This document shows, piece after piece, positions 55,642-63,236 of a DNA stretch of 64,000 nucleotides. A program made the translations under genes and the position numbers. The stretch's first letter is position 1; each line of letters starts with the position of its first letter. The notes below the pieces were generated by a model that was not told where the DNA came from, made no database searches, and worked only from the letters and a program-made list of their open reading frames with translations. Source of the DNA: Gemmatimonadales bacterium (lineage in GTDB: Bacteria; Gemmatimonadota; Gemmatimonadetes; Gemmatimonadales; GWC2-71-9); contig JBQTHV010000036.1 of the NCBI GenBank assembly GCA_052389555.1, forward strand, positions 18,531 to 82,530, read 5' to 3'.

Positions 55642-56643
55642 TCACCCGTGCCGCTTTCCTCCCAGCTCGGCCTGGAGCCCGGCCTGTCCGGCCTCGGCCC
55701 TCCGCCACACCAGGTCCGCCGCGGCAAGATCTTCGACCGCGAGCCCCAGCGACTTGAAGACGGTGACCTGGTCCGGATCGCTCCGGCCCGGTATCCGTCC
55801 CAGCAACACGTCGCCCAGCTCTCCGGCGATGTGCGTATCGGCAATGGCTCCCTCGGCCCGAGGGATCAGGAAGTCTCCTGCTTCGTTCCTCGCGGATTCC
55901 AGCCGGTCCACGATCAAGCGCGCGCGAGCTACCGTGGCGGTATCGAGCTCCCGAGTGGTCGGCAGACTTGCCCCTACCGCGTTCAGATGGGCGCCGTTGG
56001 CGATCCACTCCGAGCGCACGACCGGCTCGGCCGACGCCGTCACGGTGCAGATCAGATCCGCCCCCTCGAGGGCCGCTGGTGGGCCGGCGACAGGCTCCAC
56101 CTGGATCCGAAGCTGCTCCGCGGCCCAGCGCACGAACCCCAGCACGCGTTCCGCATGGGGGCTCCAAACCCTAACCCGCCGAAGCGGGCGCACCAGCGCC
56201 AACGCCTCCAGATGGGTGCGCGCCTGCACCCCGCTCCCGAGCAGGGCCAGATCCCCCGCGCCGGAACGGGCAAGGACCCGAGTGGCCACCGCCGAAACCG
56301 CGGCGGTCCGGATCGCGGTGATGCTGCTCGCGTCCATGACGGCGAGCGGTGAACCCACCTCCGGATCGAAGAGCACCACCAGTCCCTGATGGGAATCCAG
56401 CGGAGTGCCTGCGTTCCCCGGGAACACCGTGATCGCTTTGAGACCCAGCACGTCAGGACGGCGGAGCTCGGCCGGCATCACGGCGAAGGCCCCACGCCCT
56501 TCGGCGAGCCGCAATACGGTTCGGAGCGGGAGCTGCGCCTCGCCACGGCTCAAGCCGCGCAGGACGCGCTCCATCGCCTCGATGCATTCGCCCATCGGGA
56601 GGAGCGCAGTCACCTCGGCCTGACTCAGGATCCGGACCGGCAT
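55642..56643 (-). CDS. ornithine cyclodeaminase / mu-crystallin family protein
   Basis: ILSQAEVTALLPMGECIEAME...LKAITVFPGN...DASSITAIRTAAVSAVATRVLA...LALLGSGVQA... Confidence 0.88.
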   Translation of the reverse strand: MPVRILSQAEVTALLPMGECIEAMERVLRGLSRGEAQLPLRTVLRLAEGRGAFAVMPAELRRPDVLGLKAITVFPGNAGTPLDSHQGLVVLFDPEVGSPLAVMDASSITAIRTAAVSAVATRVLARSGAGDLALLGSGVQARTHLEALALVRPLRRVRVWSPHAERVLGFVRWAAEQLRIQVEPVAGPPAALEGADLICTVTASAEPVVRSEWIANGAHLNAVGASLPTTRELDTATVARARLIVDRLESARNEAGDFLIPRAEGAIADTHIAGELGDVLLGRIPGRSDPDQVTVFKSLGLAVEDLAAADLVWRRAEAGQAGLQAELGGKRHG

Positions 56644-56665
56644 GAGGGGGGTAATTTACCGAGCG

Positions 56666-56896
56666 ATGAACCTGACGCGGATACCGGTTGGCCTGGTCAT
56701 CGCGGGCGCCGGCCTGCTGCTGGTAGTGGTGGGGTTGCTGGTCTGGGCGGGCGCCTTCAGCTGGTTCGGCCGGCTCCCCGGCGACATCCGGATCGAACGC
56801 CCGGGGGTGCGGTTCTACTTTCCGCTCGTTTCGATGATCATTGTATCGATCGTGCTATCGTTGCTGATTGGGTTGGTGCAGCGGCTCACCAGGTAG
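56666..56896 (+). CDS. DUF2905 family small membrane protein
   Basis: GRLPGDIRIERPGVRFYFPLVSMIIVSIVLSLL is the family signature. ATG 56666 avoids an overlap with the divergent ocd start. Confidence 0.75.
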   Translation: MNLTRIPVGLVIAGAGLLLVVVGLLVWAGAFSWFGRLPGDIRIERPGVRFYFPLVSMIIVSIVLSLLIGLVQRLTR

Positions 56897-56994
56897 CAGG
56901 ACGGCCAGACGGCCAGACGGCCAGACGGCCAGACGGCCAGACGGCCAGGCGGCAAGTTGTACCACCGGCCGTCCCGCCAGCCTGCCGTCCTGTC
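56896..56994. repeat. inverted octamer arrays (GACGGCCA)x5 / complement, between convergent genes
   Basis: gcaggacggccagacggccagacggccagacggccagacggccaggcggcaag (56896-56956) faces ccggccgtcccgccagcctgccgtcctgtc (56965-56994). The loop is about 8 nt. Confidence 0.85.
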
Positions 56995-57000
56995 ACCGGT

Positions 57001-57402
57001 TCAGTCCCACTTCCCCTTTCCCATCCCATACCGTCCCGATCCCAGCAAGAACACGGCAAGGGCCGAAAACAGAATGAGTGCCTCAAGCTCCACTGCCCAG
57101 CCGCCGCCTTGCTGGCCCGTGGCGAACAACCTCGGGCGAAGCACCAGGACGCCAGCCATGATCATGTCGACGGCGATGACCAGCGCGGCAACCCGGGCCT
57201 TCCACCCCGCAATCACCAGCAGAGGAGCGACGATCTCCGCGAGATACGTCCCGTAGGCAAGCTCGCCGGGAAGGCCAAGGCTGGCCAGCGGTTGCTTGAT
57301 CCACTCTACTCCGTTGAGGACTTTGAACACCCCGTGGAACAGGAGAACCCCGCCCAGCGCGAGCCGAAGCAGGAGTTTCCCGAGATCTTCGCGACTGGTC
57401 AT
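57001..57402 (-). CDS. DoxX family membrane protein
   Basis: LLLRLALGGVLLFHGVFKV...AEIVAPLLVIAG... is a typical DoxX sequence. Confidence 0.82.
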   Translation of the reverse strand: MTSREDLGKLLLRLALGGVLLFHGVFKVLNGVEWIKQPLASLGLPGELAYGTYLAEIVAPLLVIAGWKARVAALVIAVDMIMAGVLVLRPRLFATGQQGGGWAVELEALILFSALAVFLLGSGRYGMGKGKWD

Positions 57403-57408
57403 ACCTGC

Positions 57409-58161
57409 TTACCCCATCCGCAAGCCAACCGAGACCTCACCGCGGTACCCTGACCCATCGGGGACGACCCGCAGGAGCAGAGCTTCGCCGGTATTGCGCA
57501 AACGGTAGATCCCGTCTTGCGCATTGCGGGTAGGTCGGGGGCCCTTGGGCTGGTAGGGCGACTGCTCGAAGACCCGATCGGAGAGGGCGTCGTCGAAGTA
57601 GAGCTGGGAGGTGAACTCATGGGCTCGCCGCTCGCCCTCAAATACCCGCACCTTGAAGTGAATGTGCACGGTCCGGCCCGCATACCAGCCCGGATAGACG
57701 GTCAGGAACTCCGCCTTCCCCGCGCGATCGGTCATCTGGTAGCCGCGGAGAAACTTCCGGCCTCGAGTATCGAAAAACCCGTTGGTATCGAGCACGTCGG
57801 AGTACACCCCCAGCGCGTCGCATTGCCAAACATCCACCATCGCGCCCGGAACCGGCGCGCAAGCGTTGCCATCGACGCGGGTTACCCCGATCGTGAGGCG
57901 GAGCGGCGCGCCTTCACTGACGGCGCTGGTGGTCGGATCGAGACGGATGTCGGCGCGCTGCAGCCGCTCGTCCACGAAGTAGGGACCCTCGGTCTGGGCC
58001 GGTGTGACGACACAATCCAATCCGTCAAGGTCCACGCCGCTTACCGGAGCCGGTTGACCGGGAGAGGAAGCGGCTGATTGGCTTCCCGTGAGCGCCAGGG
58101 CTCCCGCGGCTCCCAGCACGCTCAGCATTTCACGCCGAGTGATATGCGAATCGCCCGACAT
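57409..58161 (-). CDS. intradiol ring-cleavage dioxygenase family protein with Tat-type signal
   Basis: Tat motif ITRREMLSVLGAAGALAL, then TPAQTEGPYFVD...GAMVDVWQCDALGVYS...FLRGYQMTD..GKAEFLTVYPGWYAGRTVHIHFKV. Confidence 0.82.
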   Translation of the reverse strand: MSGDSHITRREMLSVLGAAGALALTGSQSAASSPGQPAPVSGVDLDGLDCVVTPAQTEGPYFVDERLQRADIRLDPTTSAVSEGAPLRLTIGVTRVDGNACAPVPGAMVDVWQCDALGVYSDVLDTNGFFDTRGRKFLRGYQMTDRAGKAEFLTVYPGWYAGRTVHIHFKVRVFEGERRAHEFTSQLYFDDALSDRVFEQSPYQPKGPRPTRNAQDGIYRLRNTGEALLLRVVPDGSGYRGEVSVGLRMG

Positions 58162-58237
58162 CACCCCGTCCTGGAAAAGGTAGGGTTCCAATCTACCCAA
58201 CCTTCAGTCATCATCGCCAATACTTTGTTGATATCGA

Positions 58238-58258
58238 TTAATAGGGCTAGCTTATTAA
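58238..58258. promoter_or_regulatory. LysR-type T-N11-A inverted repeat TTAATA-N9-TATTAA
   Basis: ttaata gggctagct tattaa sits in the AT-rich 98-bp divergent region, ending 2 nt before the LysR ATG. Confidence 0.45.
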
Positions 58259-58259
58259 G

Positions 58260-59189
58260 ATGGAGCTCCGGCATCTCCGCTACTTCGTCGCTCTCGCTGA
58301 GGAACTTCACTTCGGTCGCGCGGCAGCCCGCCTGCGGGTGGCACAGCCTGCCCTGAGCCAGCAACTCAGGCAACTTGAGATAGAACTCGGGGTGACTCTG
58401 CTTGCCCGAACCAAGCGGCGGGTCGCTTTGACGGAGCCGGGCCGGGCCTTTCTGACGGAGGCCCGGCGAACTCTCAGCTCCGCTGCCGTCGCGGTTCGGG
58501 CTGCGCAGCGAGCTGCGGCGGGGGAGGTCGGAAGTCTTCGAATTGGCTACGTTGATTTGGCAACCTGGCTCAATTTTCCCGCGATTCTTCGCACCTTTCG
58601 CCAGCGATTCCCCGAAGTCGACGTGAGCCTCACCGAGTTACACCGGGAGCCGCAACGCGAGGCATTGCTTCGGGGAGATCTGGACGTGGGATTCTTTGCC
58701 ATGGCCGATCGAGACCAGGGCCTGTCGGGCTTTCCGGTTGCCCGTGATCAGCTGCTCGTCGCGTTGCCGGGCGGTCATCCGCTGGCGGCCCGCTCCACCA
58801 TTCCGCTCGGACTGTTGGCCGAGGAGAACTGGGTGCTCTTCCCGCGTGAGCTCCGCACCGTCCACGTGGAGCTCGTGCTCGCGGCCTGCCGCCAGGCAGG
58901 GTTCGTTCCCCGCATCGTGCAGGAGGCAAGCCAGGTCCACACCATCGCCGGCCTGGTGAGTGCCGGGGTCGGGTTGACCTTGCTGCCGCGAGCGATGGCC
59001 GCAGCCCCTCGCGCTGGAGTCGTCTACCGGCCGCTGGCCGGCCCCGCCCCCGAGTTGCTGCTCCATGTGATCTGGCGGCAGGGTGACCTTCCCCCTCCCG
59101 CGGCCCGGTTCATCGCCCTGGCCCGCGATCTCGCCGGACCGGGCCGTGCGGTTGACCCCCCGGATTCGTCGAGTTCATACTCCAGCTAG
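58260..59189 (+). CDS. LysR family transcriptional regulator
   Basis: MELRHLRYFVALAEELHFGRAAARLRVAQPALSQQLRQLE is the HTH, followed by an LysR substrate-binding domain. Confidence 0.93.
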   Translation: MELRHLRYFVALAEELHFGRAAARLRVAQPALSQQLRQLEIELGVTLLARTKRRVALTEPGRAFLTEARRTLSSAAVAVRAAQRAAAGEVGSLRIGYVDLATWLNFPAILRTFRQRFPEVDVSLTELHREPQREALLRGDLDVGFFAMADRDQGLSGFPVARDQLLVALPGGHPLAARSTIPLGLLAEENWVLFPRELRTVHVELVLAACRQAGFVPRIVQEASQVHTIAGLVSAGVGLTLLPRAMAAAPRAGVVYRPLAGPAPELLLHVIWRQGDLPPPAARFIALARDLAGPGRAVDPPDSSSSYSS

Positions 59190-59191
59190 CT

Positions 59192-59941
59192 GTGGTGTCT
59201 CAGGCGCACATGAACCTTCCCCATGGCGAGTTCCGGTTACTGCCGATGGCAACCGGCCTGTTCGTGGCAGTGCTCGTGCTCACCCCTCCGCTCGATTCCA
59301 AGTTCATCGCGATCGGTCCCTTCGCGCTCCCCGGGGCAACGATCATCTTCCCGATCGCGTTCATCCTGAACGACGTGCTGACCGAGGTCTATGGCTACGA
59401 GCGGTCCCGCCGGATCATCTGGACCGGCCTGGCCTGCCAGCTGTTCGCCGCCGGGTCCTTCTGGATCGTGGGGCGGCTCCCGGGCGCTTTCTTCTGGACC
59501 AGCCAATCCGCTTACGATACCATCCTCGGGGTGGCCCCCCGCATCGCGCTGGCGAGCTTCACCGCCTATCTCGCCGGGGAGTTCGCCAACAGCTACGTGC
59601 TGTCGCGGCTCAAGTTTTCCCAGCGGGGCCGCCGCGGGCTGGCTCAGGGCTGGCGCTTCGTGGCCTCCACGCTCGTGGGGGAAGCCGTCGATACGACGAT
59701 CTTCATGACGGTGGGCTTTGCGGGGGTGATCGCTGGCCGCGATCTGCTCACCACCATGCTGGTGCTGTACGGATTCAAGCTGGGCTACGAAATCGTGGCG
59801 CTGCCGCTGAGCATCCGGGTGGCCAACTGGATGAAGCGGGTGGAACGGTTCGATCAGCTGGACGACCCGATGCTAACACGCTACACCCCGTTCCGGCTTC
59901 GGGTCTCCCCGGCCGGGGCCAGCAACCAGCCGGCGCCCTAG
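59192..59941 (+). CDS. yhhQ: queuosine-precursor transporter family protein (YhhQ/DUF165, VUT family)
   Basis: GATIIFPIAFILNDVLTEVYGYERSRRIIW...AYLAGEFANSYVLSRLK...STLVGEAVDTTIF. The true start may be ATG 59210 or 59246. Confidence 0.82.
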   Translation: MVSQAHMNLPHGEFRLLPMATGLFVAVLVLTPPLDSKFIAIGPFALPGATIIFPIAFILNDVLTEVYGYERSRRIIWTGLACQLFAAGSFWIVGRLPGAFFWTSQSAYDTILGVAPRIALASFTAYLAGEFANSYVLSRLKFSQRGRRGLAQGWRFVASTLVGEAVDTTIFMTVGFAGVIAGRDLLTTMLVLYGFKLGYEIVALPLSIRVANWMKRVERFDQLDDPMLTRYTPFRLRVSPAGASNQPAP

Positions 59942-59945
59942 CTCG

Positions 59946-61913
59946 ATGTCGCACCCAAGCGACCCTGGGTCGCCCCCTCCTATTTCGCTTCCCCCCCTCG
60001 GGCTCACCCTGGAGGAAATCGGCCGGCTCACCTGGACCATCGAAGACTACGCGATCTTCATCCTCGACCCGGCCGGCCGGATCATGAGCTGGAACCTGGG
60101 CGCGGCTCGGGTCACCGGGTACGCAGCTCATGAGATCCTGGAGCAGCCCTACCGGCAGGTGAGCCGGACCGCGGCAGGCGAGCTCGAGGCTGCTGCTGCT
60201 GAGGGCCGCTACGCCGAGGCCGGTTGGCGCCATCGGAAGGACGGCTCCCGGTTCTGGTCCAGCGTCGTGGTCACCGCGCTGCGCGACCCGGCCGGATCCC
60301 TTCGCTGTTTTCTGGTGATCCTGCGCGACCTCAGCTCGCGGCTCGAGCTGGAGGAGCAGCTCCGCCAAGCAGTCGCGCAGGCCCAGCGGGAAGCCGAACT
60401 CCGCGCCCGGGAGAGCGAGGAGCGCTTTGCCCGATTCACCCGGCACCTCCCCGGACTTGCCTGGATCAAGGATCTCGAGGGCCGGTATGTGTATGTGAAC
60501 GGACCGTGCGCTCGGGCGTTCGGGCGGCTCCGTGCCGAGATCATTGGGCGCACCGATGCGGAGCTGTTTCCCCCCGACACCGCCGCCCAGTTCCGGGAGA
60601 ACGACCGCCGCGCCCTGGGCGCCGAGACCGGGATCCAGGCGGTTGAGTTGCTGACCGACCCGACCGGGGCGGTCCGCCACTCGATCATCAGCAAGTTCCC
60701 GATCTTCGATGCTTCCGGCCGGCCCGCGCGGGTGGGCGGGATCGCGATCGACATCACCGAGCGGGTTAGGGCCGAAGCTGCGCTCCAGGAAGCCGACCGG
60801 CGGAAGGACGAGTTCCTCGCGACCCTGTCACACGAGCTGCGGAACGCCCTCGCGCCTCTCCGCAACTCGCTCTTCCTGGCCGGGAGCCTCGATCAGGCCG
60901 GAACCCATCAGCGTCTCTTTCAGACGATGGAGGACCAGCTGCACCGGCTGGTGCGGCTGGTCGACGACCTGCTCGAAGTTTCCCGCATCACCAGCGGCAA
61001 GATCGAGCTGCGGCGCGAACCGGTCTCGCTCTCGGCGGTCGTGGAGAGCGCGCTGGATACCAGCCGTCCGGTGATCGAGGGCGCCGGTCATCGCCTCGAG
61101 GTCACGCTCCCCTCCGAGCCGATCGTGCTCGAGGCCGATCCGGTGCGGCTGGCCCAGGTCATTTCCAATCTTCTCAACAACGCCGCGAAGTACACGCCGG
61201 AAGGCGGCCGGATCTGGCTCAGGGCCCGCTGCGAAGAATCGGACGCCGTCGTATCGGTTCGGGACGACGGGTTAGGCATTCCGGCCGAGATGCTAGACCG
61301 GGTCTTCGAGATCTTCACTCAGGTGGATCGGACCCTCAAGCGAGCGCAGGAGGGCCTGGGCATCGGCCTCGCCCTGGCTCGCCGGCTGGCCGAATTGCAT
61401 GGCGGCCGGCTCGAGGCGCGGAGCGATGGGCTCTATTGCGGGAGTGAGTTCGTGTTGCGCCTCCCGATCCCCGCCGGCCTGACCAGCCCGGCCGCACCGA
61501 CGCGGGGCGACGAATCCACCAGCAGGGCACCGCCCTCGATCCGCGTGGTCGTGGTCGATGACAGTCGCGACGGTGCCGATACGCTGGCAATGGTCCTTCA
61601 CACCCTCGGCGCCGAGGTGCGGGTGGCGTATGACGGGCTCTCGGCACTTCAAACGATTCGGGAATACCGGCCGTCCCTCGTTCTGCTGGACCTTGGCATG
61701 CCGGGGATGGACGGCTACGAAGTGGCGTACCGCATTCGTGGTGATCCGGCGATCGGACCCATCCGCCTCGTTGCGCTCACCGGTTTCGGCTCGGAGGAGG
61801 AGCGTCGCCGAGCCCTTGGCTCCGGATTCGACGAACACTGCGTCAAGCCGGCCGATCCGGCTCTGCTCCGGGAGCTGCTCACGAGCTCGGCCCGGAGCGC
61901 GGCTTCTCGCTGA
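59946..61913 (+). CDS. hybrid sensor histidine kinase/response regulator (PAS-PAS-HisKA-HATPase-REC)
   Basis: H-box FLATLSHELRNALAPL, ...NLLNNAAKYTP...DDGLGIP...GLGIGLALAR. The C-terminal REC domain reads VVVVDDSRD...LVLLDLGMPGMDG...KP. Confidence 0.9.
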   Translation: MSHPSDPGSPPPISLPPLGLTLEEIGRLTWTIEDYAIFILDPAGRIMSWNLGAARVTGYAAHEILEQPYRQVSRTAAGELEAAAAEGRYAEAGWRHRKDGSRFWSSVVVTALRDPAGSLRCFLVILRDLSSRLELEEQLRQAVAQAQREAELRARESEERFARFTRHLPGLAWIKDLEGRYVYVNGPCARAFGRLRAEIIGRTDAELFPPDTAAQFRENDRRALGAETGIQAVELLTDPTGAVRHSIISKFPIFDASGRPARVGGIAIDITERVRAEAALQEADRRKDEFLATLSHELRNALAPLRNSLFLAGSLDQAGTHQRLFQTMEDQLHRLVRLVDDLLEVSRITSGKIELRREPVSLSAVVESALDTSRPVIEGAGHRLEVTLPSEPIVLEADPVRLAQVISNLLNNAAKYTPEGGRIWLRARCEESDAVVSVRDDGLGIPAEMLDRVFEIFTQVDRTLKRAQEGLGIGLALARRLAELHGGRLEARSDGLYCGSEFVLRLPIPAGLTSPAAPTRGDESTSRAPPSIRVVVVDDSRDGADTLAMVLHTLGAEVRVAYDGLSALQTIREYRPSLVLLDLGMPGMDGYEVAYRIRGDPAIGPIRLVALTGFGSEEERRRALGSGFDEHCVKPADPALLRELLTSSARSAASR

Positions 61914-61963
61914 CCGAGTCTCTTGGTCAGCGGGTGGTCCCCATCCATATTTCCTTCGTGCCA

Positions 61964-62036
61964 GGGGCGGTAGCTCAGCCGGGAGAGCGCCTGGTTTGCA
62001 ACCAGGAGGTCACGGGTTCGATTCCCGTCCGCTCCA
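61964..62036 (+). tRNA. tRNA-Ala (anticodon UGC)
   Basis: Acceptor GGGGCGG/CCGCTCC with the G3:U70 identity pair, anticodon stem-loop cctgg-TTTGCAA-ccagg, and T arm acggg-ttcgatt-cccgt. It is 73 nt and encodes no CCA. Confidence 0.92.
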
Positions 62037-62083
62037 TGGTCGGCCTTGACGAAACCGATCGGACCCGAGATACTAGACCGACG

Positions 62084-62155
62084 ATGCGACCCTCGATTCA
62101 GCAGAGCTGGTGGGCCTGGCGCGGTGATCGCCGCGGTGGGCCGGGGTGCGCTTGA
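62084..62155 (+). CDS. candidate Trp-rich leader peptide (23 aa) of an aroF-trpE attenuator
   Basis: The ORF reads MRPSIQQSWWAWRGDRRGGPGCA*. Three Trp codons fall within four positions (62108-62119). The ORF ends 38 nt before a terminator that abuts aroF. I found no obvious Shine-Dalgarno sequence. Confidence 0.5.
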   Translation: MRPSIQQSWWAWRGDRRGGPGCA

Positions 62156-62193
62156 AGCCGTAGTCACGTAGGAGGACGCGCAATCTCAGGGAG

Positions 62194-62217
62194 CCCACCG
62201 GAAGCGGTGGGTTTTTT
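62194..62217 (+). terminator. intrinsic terminator / attenuator hairpin immediately upstream of aroF
   Basis: cccaccg (62194-62200) pairs with cggtggg (62205-62211) across loop gaag, followed by TTTTTT. The aroF ATG lies 5 nt after the T-tract. Confidence 0.75.
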
Positions 62218-62222
62218 GTTGC

Positions 62223-63236
62223 ATGATCATCGTCCTTAAACCTCACGCCACCAGGGCGCACGCCGAAGCGCTGATGCAGCGCATCGCGGCCCTCGGCCTC
62301 CGGCCGCTCTACATGCCCGGGCAGGAACGCGTCGTGCTGGGCGCCCTGGGCGACGAGCGCGCGCTTGAGAGCCTCCATCTCGACAGCGATCCTCTGGTCG
62401 AGAGCGTCAAACCCATTCTGGCCCCGTACAAGCTGGTCGGGCGCGAGATCCACCCCCACGATTCCATCATCGACCTCGGCGGAACCCAGGTCGGCGGCGG
62501 GCGGTTCACCGTCGTGGCGGGGCCGTGCGCGGTCGAGAGTGCCGACCAGATGCGCCGCACCGCCCAGGCGGTGCACACCGCGGGCGCCCACGCGTTGCGA
62601 GGCGGTGCCTACAAGCCGCGCACCAGTCCGTACTCGTTTCAGGGCCTCGGCAAGGAGGGCCTCGCGATCCTCCGCGAGGTGTCTCAGGAAACCGGGCTCC
62701 CCACCGTGACCGAAGTCATGGACCCGGGCGATGTCGAGTTGGTCGACCAATACGCTGCCGCGTTCCAGGCCGGCGCGCGCAACATGCAGAACTTCCGCCT
62801 GCTCCAGGCCCTCGGGAAGAGCCGTAAGCCGGTGGTGCTGAAGCGCGGCCCGGCGGCCAAGGTCGATGACCTGCTGCTCGCCGCCGAGTACATCCTGGCC
62901 GAAGGCAATCCCAACGTGATCCTGTGCGAGCGCGGCATCACCACGTTCGAGACCGCTACCCGTAACACGCTCGATCTGAATGCGGTCCCGCTGATCAAGC
63001 AGCGAAGTCATCTGCCGGTGCTGGTGGACCCCTCCCACGGCACCGGACTGCGCGAACTGGTGCCGCCGATGGCCAAGGCCGCGCTCGCGTGTGGGGCGGA
63101 CGGGATTCTGGTCGAGGTACACTACGATCCTGCTCAGGCGCTCTCCGACGGCCGGCAATCGCTGTATCCCGAGCAGTTCGCCCAGATGATGCGGGAGCTC
63201 AGGACCATCGCCGCCGCGATCGGCAAGGTGATGTGA
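62223..63236 (+). CDS. aroF: 3-deoxy-7-phosphoheptulonate (DAHP) synthase, type I-beta with N-terminal ferredoxin-like regulatory domain
   Basis: MIIVLKPHATRAHAEALMQRI... is the regulatory domain. The catalytic part reads VVAGPCAVES...LRGGAYKPRTSPYSFQGLG...GARNMQNF...VDPSHGTG. Confidence 0.9.
   Translation: MIIVLKPHATRAHAEALMQRIAALGLRPLYMPGQERVVLGALGDERALESLHLDSDPLVESVKPILAPYKLVGREIHPHDSIIDLGGTQVGGGRFTVVAGPCAVESADQMRRTAQAVHTAGAHALRGGAYKPRTSPYSFQGLGKEGLAILREVSQETGLPTVTEVMDPGDVELVDQYAAAFQAGARNMQNFRLLQALGKSRKPVVLKRGPAAKVDDLLLAAEYILAEGNPNVILCERGITTFETATRNTLDLNAVPLIKQRSHLPVLVDPSHGTGLRELVPPMAKAALACGADGILVEVHYDPAQALSDGRQSLYPEQFAQMMRELRTIAAAIGKVM

Noticed and set aside
59150-59250. Possible preQ1 riboswitch upstream of the yhhQ-type transporter (a CUAGCU-like string at about 59185).
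   Set aside because: The sequence overlaps the LysR coding end, is GC-rich, and lacks the A-rich tail and the stem of preQ1-I/II/III motifs. There are only 2 nt between the genes if the first start is used.
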